DNA of 59,917 nt from an uncultured Ignavibacteriales bacterium (GTDB taxonomy: Bacteria; Zixibacteria; MSB-5A5; GN15; JAAZOE01), in the NCBI GenBank assembly GCA_964611355.1, contig CAZSYD010000012.1, positions 1 to 59,917 of the forward strand, given 5' to 3'. The notes below the pieces were generated by a model, which was not told the origin of the DNA, did no database searches, and worked only from the letters and a program-made list of their open reading frames with translations. A program made the position numbers and the translations under genes. Shown piece after piece: positions 1-9,278 of this stretch; the stretch's first letter is position 1, and each line of letters opens with the position of its first letter.

Positions 1-26
1 GATTTGAAGGTTGTCTATGGTGGTAT

Positions 27-52
27 AAAAAAGCCCGCAGTGAAAGCGGGCT
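27..52 (-). terminator. Rho-independent terminator downstream of elbB
   Basis: Stem AGCCCGC(32-38)/GCGGGCT(46-52) with an A-run at 27-32, which is a U-tail on the minus strand. Confidence 0.8.
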
Positions 53-85
53 GTTGTTCAAGACGAAACCAACTTCTGGAGTAAG

Positions 86-748
86 TCAACTCAGCTCAAT
101 TATCTTCTTGACCAGTTCCTCGATGCCGGAGGCGGCTTCGGCGATGTCATTGGCCAGCATATAGGCCGGGGCGGTCACGATTTTGTTCTCGACATCAACG
201 CAGGCCTGATCAACGCGGCGCTTTTGATGTCTGGCGCCCATCGATTCAATCGCACCGGCGACGTCGGCGGCTTCGCCGATGGTGACTGTAATCGATTTGC
301 CGGAACCCTCAAACGCCTTTGCCAGGATCACCGGAGCGATGCATAAGGCGCCGACCGGCTTGCCTGCGGCGTTGGTATTAAGGACAGCATCCTTTACGCT
401 GCCGTCAACCTTGCAGTTGGGGCCGTCGAATGCGAAGGTGCAGAGGTTTTTGGCGGCACCGAATCCGCCGGGAATTATGAGAGCATCGAAGTCGGCCGGA
501 TCGTAGTCGGTCAATGGCTTGATTTCGCCGCGGGCGATGCGGGCCGATTCACTTAAAACGTTGCGGGTTTCACCTTCCACCGGTTCGCCTTTGACGTGGT
601 CAACAACGTGATATTGCGGTTTATCGGGAGCGAAGCAAAAGTAGTCGGCTCCGGCCCGCTTGATGGCCAGAAGGGTGACCACCGATTCATGTATTTCGGC
701 GCCATCATTAACGCCACACCCGGACAGCAATACGGCAACTTTTTTCAT
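86..748 (-). CDS. elbB: Glyoxalase ElbB (DJ-1/ES1 family)
   Basis: KVAVLLSGCGVNDGAEIHE, PGGFGAAKNL, CIAP and TAPAYM motifs. Start moved to ATG 748, which follows a GGAGG SD. Confidence 0.92.
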   Translation of the reverse strand: MKKVAVLLSGCGVNDGAEIHESVVTLLAIKRAGADYFCFAPDKPQYHVVDHVKGEPVEGETRNVLSESARIARGEIKPLTDYDPADFDALIIPGGFGAAKNLCTFAFDGPNCKVDGSVKDAVLNTNAAGKPVGALCIAPVILAKAFEGSGKSITVTIGEAADVAGAIESMGARHQKRRVDQACVDVENKIVTAPAYMLANDIAEAASGIEELVKKIIELS

Positions 749-818
749 ATCGTTTTCCTCCCCGATTGGAGTATTTTTCAATTATACGAAATTCGGCATT
801 AGAATCAAACAAAATAGC

Positions 819-843
819 AAAAGCCCGCCGGGAGACGGGTTTC
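819..843 (-). terminator. Probable terminator after rplY
   Basis: AAGCCCG...CGGGTTT hairpin with a short A-run. Confidence 0.55.
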
Positions 844-895
844 TTGTTGTCGTGATAATAAGACAAAGTCAAGTAAAGCCGGGTCGGACGGCCGG

Positions 896-1597
896 TCATT
901 TCTTCTTTTCTTTGCCGCCTTCTTCTTTCTTTTCCCCGCCTTCCGGTTTGGCTTCCTCTTCTTTGGCTTCGCCTTCAGCCTCTTCGGCCGCTTCGACTTC
1001 TTCCTCTTCCGCCGCCGCAACCGTCGGCTCCTTGATGACCGTCGGAGCCACTACCGTTACGATTGTTTGAACCGGGTTAGTGAGGATCGTTACGTTTTTG
1101 ATTTCAAGGCTGGAGACGTGAACCGAATCGCCGATATTCAACTCGCCGATGTCAATCTCAATATCGTCTGGGATATCAACCGGCAGGCATGAAATATCTA
1201 TGGTTCGCCGAACGTGCTGGAGGATACCTCCATGGGCGCTGACGCCGACCGGCGTGCCGACGGTTTTAACCGGGATGGTTAGCGTGATTGGTTTATCGAG
1301 CGGTATCTGGTGAAAATCGATATGAAGCAGATTACCGGAGAGAGGGTCTTTTTGCAGTTCGCGGATGAGCACCTTGCGCGTCGGGCCGTCGGCGCCCTCT
1401 ATATCGAGATTGATGATGGTATTAAGTGGAGCGCCATGCATCAGATGATACAATTTTATGTAGCTGACCATGACCGGAACCGGCTCCATTTCAGGGCCGT
1501 ATACCACGGCGGGAATGTCACCTGCCGCGCGTAGCCGACGGTTGGGTCCCTTTCCGGTAGTGTCTCTTTTTTCAACCGTTAGATTAAGTTCCTTCAT
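896..1597 (-). CDS. rplY: 50S ribosomal protein L25/CTC, long form with acidic tail
   Basis: GKGPNRRLRAAGDIPAVVYG and LLHIDF motifs; lies directly downstream of prs. Confidence 0.96.
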   Translation of the reverse strand: MKELNLTVEKRDTTGKGPNRRLRAAGDIPAVVYGPEMEPVPVMVSYIKLYHLMHGAPLNTIINLDIEGADGPTRKVLIRELQKDPLSGNLLHIDFHQIPLDKPITLTIPVKTVGTPVGVSAHGGILQHVRRTIDISCLPVDIPDDIEIDIGELNIGDSVHVSSLEIKNVTILTNPVQTIVTVVAPTVIKEPTVAAAEEEEVEAAEEAEGEAKEEEAKPEGGEKKEEGGKEKKK

Positions 1598-1628
1598 CTA
1601 TCGTTAACCTCCGTAAATTCCGTTCATT

Positions 1629-2573
1629 TCACTCTCGAAACATGATCGACACCGAAGCGTCGCTCTCAATCCGGTCAATCGCCTCGGCGAAAATATCAGC
1701 GCTGCTCAGTATAACAAACTTATCGGTCAGATGGCGATGACTGCTGTCTATGGAATCGGAAATAATCACCCTTTCTATCGGCGATTTATCCAGTTTTTCG
1801 ACCGCTTGGCCGGAGAGGACCCCGTGCGCGGCGCAAGCGTAAATTTTTCCGCATCCCTGGTTTTTCAGGGCGGCGGCGGCTTCCACCAGGGTTCCGGCCG
1901 TATCGATCATATCGTCGCGGATGATAACGTCTCGACCGGCAACCTCACCGATTGTATTGACCACCTCAGCCATATTCTGGCTGGGGCGGCGCTTATCGAC
2001 TATTGCCAGCGCGGCTCCCATGGTTCTAGCAAAGGAGCGGGCCACCTTAATGGAGCCGACATCGGGGCTGACGACGACCAGGTCCTTGGTCGGAATCTGT
2101 TCCAGGTAGCTGTTAAAAATAATCGACGAATAAAGATGGTCGACCGGGATGCTGAAAAAGCCCTGAATCTGGGCGGCATGCAAATCCATGGTGATAACCC
2201 GATCGGCGCCGGCGGCAACCAGAAGGTCGGCGATCAACTTGGCGGTAATGCAAACCCGCGGCATTTCCTTCCTGTCCGCGCGAGCATACCCGTAATAGGG
2301 GATGACGGCGGTGATATTCTGGGCCGAGGCGCGGCGAGAAGCCTCAATAAGCATCAGGAGTTCAATGATGTTCTCAGCGGGCGGATTAGTCGGCTGGATA
2401 ATGAAAACATGCGCGCCGCGAATATTTTCATTTATCTGGACAAAAAGCTCTCTATCGGAAAAGCGGCGGATTTCGGTATCGCAAAGCGGGACGTTCAACT
2501 TGCGGGCGACAGCCTCTCCCAGAGGCTTATTAGCGGTACCGCTGATGACCCTGACTCTTTTATTATTTAACAT
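1629..2573 (-). CDS. prs: Ribose-phosphate pyrophosphokinase
   Basis: IPYYGYARADRK, DLHAAQIQGFF, VSPDVG and DDMIDTAGT motifs. Confidence 0.97.
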   Translation of the reverse strand: MLNNKRVRVISGTANKPLGEAVARKLNVPLCDTEIRRFSDRELFVQINENIRGAHVFIIQPTNPPAENIIELLMLIEASRRASAQNITAVIPYYGYARADRKEMPRVCITAKLIADLLVAAGADRVITMDLHAAQIQGFFSIPVDHLYSSIIFNSYLEQIPTKDLVVVSPDVGSIKVARSFARTMGAALAIVDKRRPSQNMAEVVNTIGEVAGRDVIIRDDMIDTAGTLVEAAAALKNQGCGKIYACAAHGVLSGQAVEKLDKSPIERVIISDSIDSSHRHLTDKFVILSSADIFAEAIDRIESDASVSIMFRE

Positions 2574-2660
2574 GGTCTTATTGATTGTCTGTGATCGTCA
2601 AGAAAAGATGCCTTGGTTACGCTTGGAAAACCAAGACAAGTTAACCTCGTATTATCTTTT

Positions 2661-2735
2661 TGGCTGGGGCGGCAGGATTCGAACCTGCGAATGCAAGCTC
2701 CAAAGGCTTGTGTCTTACCACTTGACGACGCCCCA
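2661..2735 (-). tRNA. tRNA-Gln (anticodon TTG)
   Basis: Reverse complement TGGGGCG...CAAGC-CT-TTG-GA-GCTTG...GGTTCGAATCC...CGCCCCAGCCA: cloverleaf with T-loop and encoded CCA, in the usual ispE-tRNA-Gln-prs position. Confidence 0.97.
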
Positions 2736-2742
2736 AAAGCGG

Positions 2743-3021
2743 CTATGGCGTCTCCGTTATCGTAGAGGCTTTAAGCTCGTTTTCATAAGCTTCCAAGACC
2801 TTTTCCTCGATCATCTTGCGCGTTTCGTTATTGATCGGGTGGCAAATATCCTGGTGGGTGCCATCGGGCCTCTTGCGGCTCGGCATCGAAACAAAAAATC
2901 CCGAACTGCCTGCGATAATTTTGAGTCCGCGGATAACGAAGGCGTTATCGAAGGTTACATTGGCAAAACCTTTCAGCTTCTCCTCGTCGCGAAGCGTGAT
3001 TCTAATCTCGGTAATCTTCAC
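2743..3021 (-). CDS. spoVG: SpoVG family nucleic-acid-binding protein
   Basis: MKITEIRI..KLKGFANVTFDNAFVIRGLKII..FVSMPSRK..DICHPIN. Confidence 0.93.
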   Translation of the reverse strand: MKITEIRITLRDEEKLKGFANVTFDNAFVIRGLKIIAGSSGFFVSMPSRKRPDGTHQDICHPINNETRKMIEEKVLEAYENELKASTITETP

Positions 3022-3040
3022 AATCTACCCCTCCCGCTGA

Positions 3041-3979
3041 TTATTTACCGATCATTTTAGCGGGAAGAATAACGGGTTTTGCGATTTTAAAATCCCATCC
3101 TCTCCGCTCAAATGATCGCGCCAACTCCTTTCTTGCAAGCCCTTTATCTCGATAAAGGGCAAATACGGTCGGGCCGCTTCCGGTTAACCTGACAATATCC
3201 GCCCCTGTTTTTGTCAATTCTTCCTTAATCCTATCCAGTATAGGGTAAGATTCAAGGAGAGCCCTCTCCAGGTCATTTGCCAAAGTGTCAACAATACTAA
3301 ACAATCTACCCGTTTGTTGGCAACGTTTTAAGCTAACGCTTGAATTCAACCCTGTCAAGTCCATTTTGAGCTTTCTGTAAGCCTCCCTGGCTGAGATATG
3401 AAACGGCGGAATCGCAAGACCGATATAATAATCCGTCGGGAGGGTAATATCTTTTACCTTCTCGCCTCTTCCGGTAACCTCGGCCTGTCCGCGGCTGAAA
3501 AAAAACGGGACATCCGAGCCGATCTCCAGGCCGATCCCGGCCATTTCCGTACGGGACAGACCCAAATTCAGGAGTTTATCCGCTGCTTTAATAAAAGCGG
3601 CGGCATCCGATGATCCGCCCCCAAGTCCGGCGGCAACCGGTATGTTTTTCCATAATTTTACCCGAAAACCGGTATTTGCGCGGCTCCTGTTCTGTATCAG
3701 CCGCGCCGCCTTGAAGATTAGATTATCTTCTCCGGTCGGCAGATCGTCAAGATTGGTCGAGATTTCAATTCCCGCATCGTCCTGCAGTTCTATTTCGAGA
3801 TGATCGGCCAGATCAATCGCCTGAAACCATGAATATATATTGTGATACCCATCGGGCCGTTTACCGGTTACTTTCAGAAACAGGTTTATCTTGGCTGGTG
3901 CGGAGATGAAAATGGCTTTTCCGCCTTCTTTGACTCGGCCATCAAAACAGGGTGTTGTTATCTCCCGGCTTTGCATCAT
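3041..3979 (-). CDS. ispE: 4-diphosphocytidyl-2-C-methyl-D-erythritol kinase
   Basis: APAKINLFL, IPVAAGLGGGSSDAA, GSDVPFF and GSGPTVF GHMP motifs. Confidence 0.95.
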   Translation of the reverse strand: MMQSREITTPCFDGRVKEGGKAIFISAPAKINLFLKVTGKRPDGYHNIYSWFQAIDLADHLEIELQDDAGIEISTNLDDLPTGEDNLIFKAARLIQNRSRANTGFRVKLWKNIPVAAGLGGGSSDAAAFIKAADKLLNLGLSRTEMAGIGLEIGSDVPFFFSRGQAEVTGRGEKVKDITLPTDYYIGLAIPPFHISAREAYRKLKMDLTGLNSSVSLKRCQQTGRLFSIVDTLANDLERALLESYPILDRIKEELTKTGADIVRLTGSGPTVFALYRDKGLARKELARSFERRGWDFKIAKPVILPAKMIGK

Positions 3980-4100
3980 GGAAATATACGAATTTATCCG
4001 TTCCCTTTCAAGCTAAGGTGAATAATCGGTTGACTTTCGACGAAGATAATTATTTTTTGCAATTGTAGATTTTTGCGCACAATTCAAAAGGAGAGGTCTC

Positions 4101-6029
4101 ATGGGAATGAATCTGGCCGAAAAGATAATCTCGGCGCATCTGGTCAAAGGTAAAATGGAACCGGGCGAGGATATCGCTGTCAAAATCGACCAGACCCTGA
4201 CGCAGGACGCTACCGGAACCATGTCATACCTGCAATTCGAAGCGCTGGGTCTGAAAAAGGTTAGAACCGAGCTGTCGGTAAGCTATGTCGACCATAATAT
4301 GCTGCAATCCGGCTTCGAAAACGCCGACGATCATAAATATCTCCAATCGGTGGCCTCAAAATATGGAATCTATTTTTCTCGTCCGGGAAACGGTATCTGC
4401 CACCAGGTTCATCTGGAGCGATTCGGAGTTCCGGGCAAAACTTTGCTCGGTTCCGATTCGCACACCCCGACCGGCGGCGGTATCGGGATGATGGCCATGG
4501 GAGCCGGCGGTCTTGACGTGGCGGTGGCCATGGGTGGCGGCGCCTTTTATCTGAAGATGCCCGAAGTTGTCAGGGTTTATCTGATCGGAAAGCTGAAACC
4601 GTTTGTTACGGCCAAGGATATTATTCTCGAGGTCTTGCGTATCCTGTCGGTCAAGGGCGGAGTTGGCCGCGTTATCGAATACGGCGGACCCGGCATCAAA
4701 TTGCTTTCGGTGCCTCAGCGAGCGACCATCACTAATATGGGCGCCGAATTGGGCGCAACTACTTCGATTTTCCCCTCCGACGACAACACCAAGGCCTTTA
4801 TGAAGTTGCAGAAACGAATCAAAGACTGGACTGCTCTGGAATCGGACGACGACGCCAGATACGCCAAAACGATAAAGATCGATCTGAGCAGGCTGGAGCC
4901 GCTGATTGCCAGACCGCATTCGCCGGACAGCGTCGTCAAAGTCAAGGCGGTCAAAAAAGTAAAAGTCGATCAGGTTTGTATCGGCAGTTGCACGAACTCG
5001 TCGTTGGCCGATCTGATGATAACCTCGGCCCTGTTCAAGGGGAAAAAGGTTCATCCGGAAGTATCCTGCACCATTACTCCCGGGTCAAAACAGGTATTTG
5101 AAGCGATAGCGGATAATGGAGCGTTAACCAACATCATCGCCGCCGGGGCAAGGATAGTCGAATCAGCCTGCGGGCCGTGTATCGGGATGGGCCAGGCGCC
5201 AAGTTCGGGAGCGGTCTCGGTGCGGTCGTTTAATCGTAATTTCCCCGGACGATCCGGCACCAAGGACGCCCAGGTTTATCTGGCCAGTCCGGAAACCTGT
5301 GTGGCGGCCGCTTTGACCGGTTATATCACTGACCCACGAAAGCTGGGCAAATACCCGCGGATAAGGCTTCCCGAAAAAATCAGGATTGACGATTCCGGAA
5401 TTCTCGCGCCTTCGCGGACGCCTGCCAAAGTTAAGATTCAGCGCGGACCGAATATCGCGCCGTTGCCGATTAACGACCCGATGCCTTCGACGCTTGAAGC
5501 CGAAGTGCTTCTTAAGACCGGCGACAATATCACCACCGACCATATCATGCCGGCCGGGGCAAAAATATTGCCGCTGCGCTCGAACATTCCCAAAATCGCC
5601 GAATACGTTTACTATTATGTTGATCCTGATTTTGTCACCCGGGCAAAAGAGAAAGGCGGCGGCTTTATTGTCGGCGGTGAGAATTACGGTCAGGGATCAT
5701 CGCGCGAGCACGCGGCGCTGGCGCCGATGTACCTCGGCCTCAAGATGGTTTTGACCAAATCGTTTGCCCGCATCCACCTGGCCAACCTGATCAATTTCGG
5801 CATTCTCCCTTTGACTTTTGCCAATCCCGACGATTATGACAAGATAGATCAGGGCGATCGTCTCAAACTGCCGATGGTTGCCGACATTCTTTCCACAGGA
5901 GCTGATCTGACCGTCAAAAACCTGACTAAGGAAATCGACATTCAGGTAACCTATTCGCTGACATCGCGCGAGGTGCAGATTGTTCGCGCGGGCGGATTGC
6001 TGAATTACACAAGAGGGGGAGGTAAATGA
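4101..6029 (+). CDS. Aconitate hydratase, compact ~640 aa type
   Basis: QDATG, DSHT, GSCTN, CGPCIG, FNRNF, ITTDHI and GSSREHA aconitase motifs. Confidence 0.93.
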   Translation: MGMNLAEKIISAHLVKGKMEPGEDIAVKIDQTLTQDATGTMSYLQFEALGLKKVRTELSVSYVDHNMLQSGFENADDHKYLQSVASKYGIYFSRPGNGICHQVHLERFGVPGKTLLGSDSHTPTGGGIGMMAMGAGGLDVAVAMGGGAFYLKMPEVVRVYLIGKLKPFVTAKDIILEVLRILSVKGGVGRVIEYGGPGIKLLSVPQRATITNMGAELGATTSIFPSDDNTKAFMKLQKRIKDWTALESDDDARYAKTIKIDLSRLEPLIARPHSPDSVVKVKAVKKVKVDQVCIGSCTNSSLADLMITSALFKGKKVHPEVSCTITPGSKQVFEAIADNGALTNIIAAGARIVESACGPCIGMGQAPSSGAVSVRSFNRNFPGRSGTKDAQVYLASPETCVAAALTGYITDPRKLGKYPRIRLPEKIRIDDSGILAPSRTPAKVKIQRGPNIAPLPINDPMPSTLEAEVLLKTGDNITTDHIMPAGAKILPLRSNIPKIAEYVYYYVDPDFVTRAKEKGGGFIVGGENYGQGSSREHAALAPMYLGLKMVLTKSFARIHLANLINFGILPLTFANPDDYDKIDQGDRLKLPMVADILSTGADLTVKNLTKEIDIQVTYSLTSREVQIVRAGGLLNYTRGGGK

Positions 6030-7129
6030 CTACATTACACGAGAAGCCGAAACACACTCCCTACACTGATTTTCACGTCGCGGCCGGCGCGAAGATGGTG
6101 CCCTTTGCAGGATATTATATGCCGGTGCAATACATCAGCATCATCAAAGAGCACAAGGCGGTGCGACAAAATATCGGCCTGTTCGACCTGTCCCACATGG
6201 GAGAGTTCGAAGTCTCCGGCCCGAAGGCGCTTGATTTCCTCCAGAAAATGACCACCAACGATGTCTCAACTCTGGATAAATGGCAGATTCATTACTCTTG
6301 CATGACTTATCCCGATGGCGGCATCGTTGACGATCTGTTGGTTTACAATCTTGGTGATCATTATATGATGGTTGTCAACGCCGCCAATATAGATAAAGAT
6401 TTCAACTGGTTGCAACGGCATTTGATCGACGGGGCGACGCTGGTTAATCGAAGCGACGAGATTTCGCTCCTGGCCATTCAGGGACCGAATTCCCATAAAC
6501 TTCTATCCGAATTAACTTCCTATAATCTCGAAGACCTGAAATACTATTGGGCGGCTGAAACCGAGATAGCCGGTAAAAAGGTTCTCTTTTCCCGTACCGG
6601 TTACACCGGTGAGAATGGATTTGAGCTGTATATACCTAACGCCGACGGGGGTTATTTCTGGAAGGCAATCACTTGGGCGGGTAGGAAATACGATCTGCAA
6701 TTAATCGGCCTGGGAGCGCGCGACAGCCTTCGGCTGGAAATGAAAATGGCTCTCTACGGCAACGACATCGACCAGACTACCAATCCGATCGAGGCCGGAC
6801 TGGGCTGGATTGTCAAACTCGAAAAGGGCGGTTTCATCGGTTCCGACGTCATCGCAAAGGTTAAACAGGATAAGCCCGACCGCCGGTTGGTCTGCATGGT
6901 GCTTGAAGGAAAAGCTTTCCCGCGAAAGGGGTACGCTATTTACAATGGCGACGAAAAGATCGGCGAGGTGACTTCGGGCACGGTATCGCCCTCGCTTGGG
7001 ACGCCGATTGCGATGGGGTATGTGCCTCGGTCGCTTTCGAAATCGGGAAATAAAGTTGAAATCGACATCAGGGGCAGGCGATTTCCGGCCGAGGTGATCA
7101 AACCGCCATTTTATAAAAAAGACAAGTGA
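6026..7129 (+). CDS. gcvT: Glycine cleavage system T protein (aminomethyltransferase)
   Basis: FDLSHMGE, SRTGYTGENGFE and GLGARDSLRLE motifs. Confidence 0.96.
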   Translation: MTTLHEKPKHTPYTDFHVAAGAKMVPFAGYYMPVQYISIIKEHKAVRQNIGLFDLSHMGEFEVSGPKALDFLQKMTTNDVSTLDKWQIHYSCMTYPDGGIVDDLLVYNLGDHYMMVVNAANIDKDFNWLQRHLIDGATLVNRSDEISLLAIQGPNSHKLLSELTSYNLEDLKYYWAAETEIAGKKVLFSRTGYTGENGFELYIPNADGGYFWKAITWAGRKYDLQLIGLGARDSLRLEMKMALYGNDIDQTTNPIEAGLGWIVKLEKGGFIGSDVIAKVKQDKPDRRLVCMVLEGKAFPRKGYAIYNGDEKIGEVTSGTVSPSLGTPIAMGYVPRSLSKSGNKVEIDIRGRRFPAEVIKPPFYKKDK

Positions 7130-7283
7130 CCCCGGCGGATGATGGAACCGTACACAATACCGGCCGGTGTTCCCGATAACCATAAAAGGAACCGGTCGAT
7201 TGTTATTATAGATATTTATCGAGTGAAGGCGGATGTGTGATTTCATTGTATAAATATAAACTCGAAGCGGAAAGGGGTGGCGG

Positions 7284-9224
7284 TTGAGACGATTGTTGAT
7301 CGCTTGTTGTCTGTTGATAGCGACTCTGTCATTGGCCGTTGATGCTTTGGCTGCGCGCCGGCTGAATTTCGACATAACTGTCCGGGAAAAAGACCCCGAA
7401 AACGATAGCCTGTACGTTCTGATTGAAGACAAACTTATTCAGGTTCAGGAAGGAATCAAAACGACCGCCTTTATCGTCAATTTCACCATTGACCTGACCG
7501 CTTCCTGCGATGATTCCGCCTATTTTGACTGCAACTTTTCTCTTTTCACGCTTGGCCCTCAGGCGCAAACGTTTTTCAAGAAGTTTCGCAGTCAGCCCGG
7601 CGGCATCTATTTCCTTGAAAATATCCGCGGCAAGGAGGAGACGCTTTACCGGGTAGGCGTCTCGCCGATATCGGTTGACAGCGTTGAGGTCAACGCTGAG
7701 GATTGCGATTTCGATTTCAGGGAAGACGGCGTTTGGGACTTCGATCCTTCGGCCCATTTCGACTTCTATTTTATCCCCAAATCGCTGGCGGACGCTCGCT
7801 GGAACCTGCTGCGCGATTTCGTGGAAATTAATTTCAAGGATTTCAAGGAAGTTTTTCAGCTTAGCTTCCCCGGCAAGATCAACTGTTTTCTGTCGCCCTG
7901 TCTTCTTCCCGAGGTTGTCTGGGATCAACGGATGGGGTACGCCATTGATCCGCCCCGTTCCAACCTTTTTGTGCTTTACACTCACGAGCATAATACCGTC
8001 GATCCGGTGCCGGCTTACCTGGTCAAGATATACAGGTTCATGGGTTATGCGCCGCCTTTACTGGCAGAAGGAATGGCCGGTTATTTTGAATTCCCTCATT
8101 ATTACGCCCAAAAATTGAAAGAAACCGATGAACTTCCCCCGCTGTCGATGATTCTCAAATCGGTCGATTACTTCAGACTGCCGGAGCTGAACAACTTTTC
8201 CACGGCCTCTTCATTCGTCAAGTATTTGATCGATACGTATGGATTCGGCCGTTTTACCCGGCTTTATCGCCAGTCCACCGATCTGACTATCATAGGTCAA
8301 TTCTCGGAGGTCTATGGGTTATCGATGGACAGCCTTGAGATCGAATGGCGTCATCTCCTCGATACCGTCGCTTTCTCCAACGGGCAGTTCCGATACTATT
8401 ATCAGCGGGAACAGTATATTAACCGTGAAACCGGCATGGATATATTTTTGGGCGAGTTGAAAATGCGCATGGATTCGTTCGACGATTCGGCCTATGTCTT
8501 GTCGGAAGAAGGATGGAACCTGTACATGCGGGGCGAGTACCAGAAGGCTCGTGAGGTTTACCGGACGCTTCTGGAAATGACCCCCAACAATACCGCTCAT
8601 CTGATTGTCTATGGCAATTTATTTCTTATCGACGGCCGCTGTGATTCGGCCCGCACGATTTATGATCGCCTGCTGACGGTCGATTCCACGGTCAAAACCG
8701 CGCTTTACAAAATTGGCGAAAGCTACTGCTGGGAAAATAAATCCGACAGCGCCGAAAAATACCTCCGGCGGGATTTTGACGAAGATAAGTCGCAGTTGAG
8801 CCGCTCGTCGTCGGCGATTCTGCTGGGTGAGTTGATGCTGACATCGGGCGATACCGCCTCAGCCGCCTATTATTACAAGCAGGCGCTTGAGTTAATGGAG
8901 CAGGTGTATCAATACGGCAAAACGCGATCCTCGTTTCTTCTTCGCCTTGGACAGGCGCATCTGGGTTTGGCGATGTGCGGCGAGTCGTCGCTGGCCACGG
9001 CCGGGTCGTTTCTGGAATCGGCGCTTTATTTTGAGGTGCACCCGACCCGCGTAATCTTTGTAAGTCGCATACTGCGGGAACTGGGACGATTAGCCGACTT
9101 GGAAGGAGATCGGGACAAGGCGATCGAGCGCTACCAAACGGCCCTGTTATACCCGGTGCCGCCGGGGTTTGAAAAGCAGGTCCGCGATTATATTGTCTCG
9201 CCGTTTACCGGATATGGGCGATAA
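7284..9224 (+). CDS. Exported protein with a degenerate peptidase MA-like domain and C-terminal TPRs
   Basis: Signal peptide; SAHFDFYF, PLLAEGMA and SFVKYLIDTYG resemble MA-clan domains but HExxH is absent; helical TPR-like repeats follow. Confidence 0.6.
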   Translation: MRRLLIACCLLIATLSLAVDALAARRLNFDITVREKDPENDSLYVLIEDKLIQVQEGIKTTAFIVNFTIDLTASCDDSAYFDCNFSLFTLGPQAQTFFKKFRSQPGGIYFLENIRGKEETLYRVGVSPISVDSVEVNAEDCDFDFREDGVWDFDPSAHFDFYFIPKSLADARWNLLRDFVEINFKDFKEVFQLSFPGKINCFLSPCLLPEVVWDQRMGYAIDPPRSNLFVLYTHEHNTVDPVPAYLVKIYRFMGYAPPLLAEGMAGYFEFPHYYAQKLKETDELPPLSMILKSVDYFRLPELNNFSTASSFVKYLIDTYGFGRFTRLYRQSTDLTIIGQFSEVYGLSMDSLEIEWRHLLDTVAFSNGQFRYYYQREQYINRETGMDIFLGELKMRMDSFDDSAYVLSEEGWNLYMRGEYQKAREVYRTLLEMTPNNTAHLIVYGNLFLIDGRCDSARTIYDRLLTVDSTVKTALYKIGESYCWENKSDSAEKYLRRDFDEDKSQLSRSSSAILLGELMLTSGDTASAAYYYKQALELMEQVYQYGKTRSSFLLRLGQAHLGLAMCGESSLATAGSFLESALYFEVHPTRVIFVSRILRELGRLADLEGDRDKAIERYQTALLYPVPPGFEKQVRDYIVSPFTGYGR

Positions 9225-9278
9225 TCGGCGCCTTGCCCCCGTTTTGACCGGTCTTTTCAACAGATAGTATAAAAGAGC

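Noticed and set aside
7130..7200. Hairpin after gcvT as a glycine riboswitch
   Set aside because: It is downstream of the gene and lacks the aptamer motifs; more likely a terminator or stabilising hairpin
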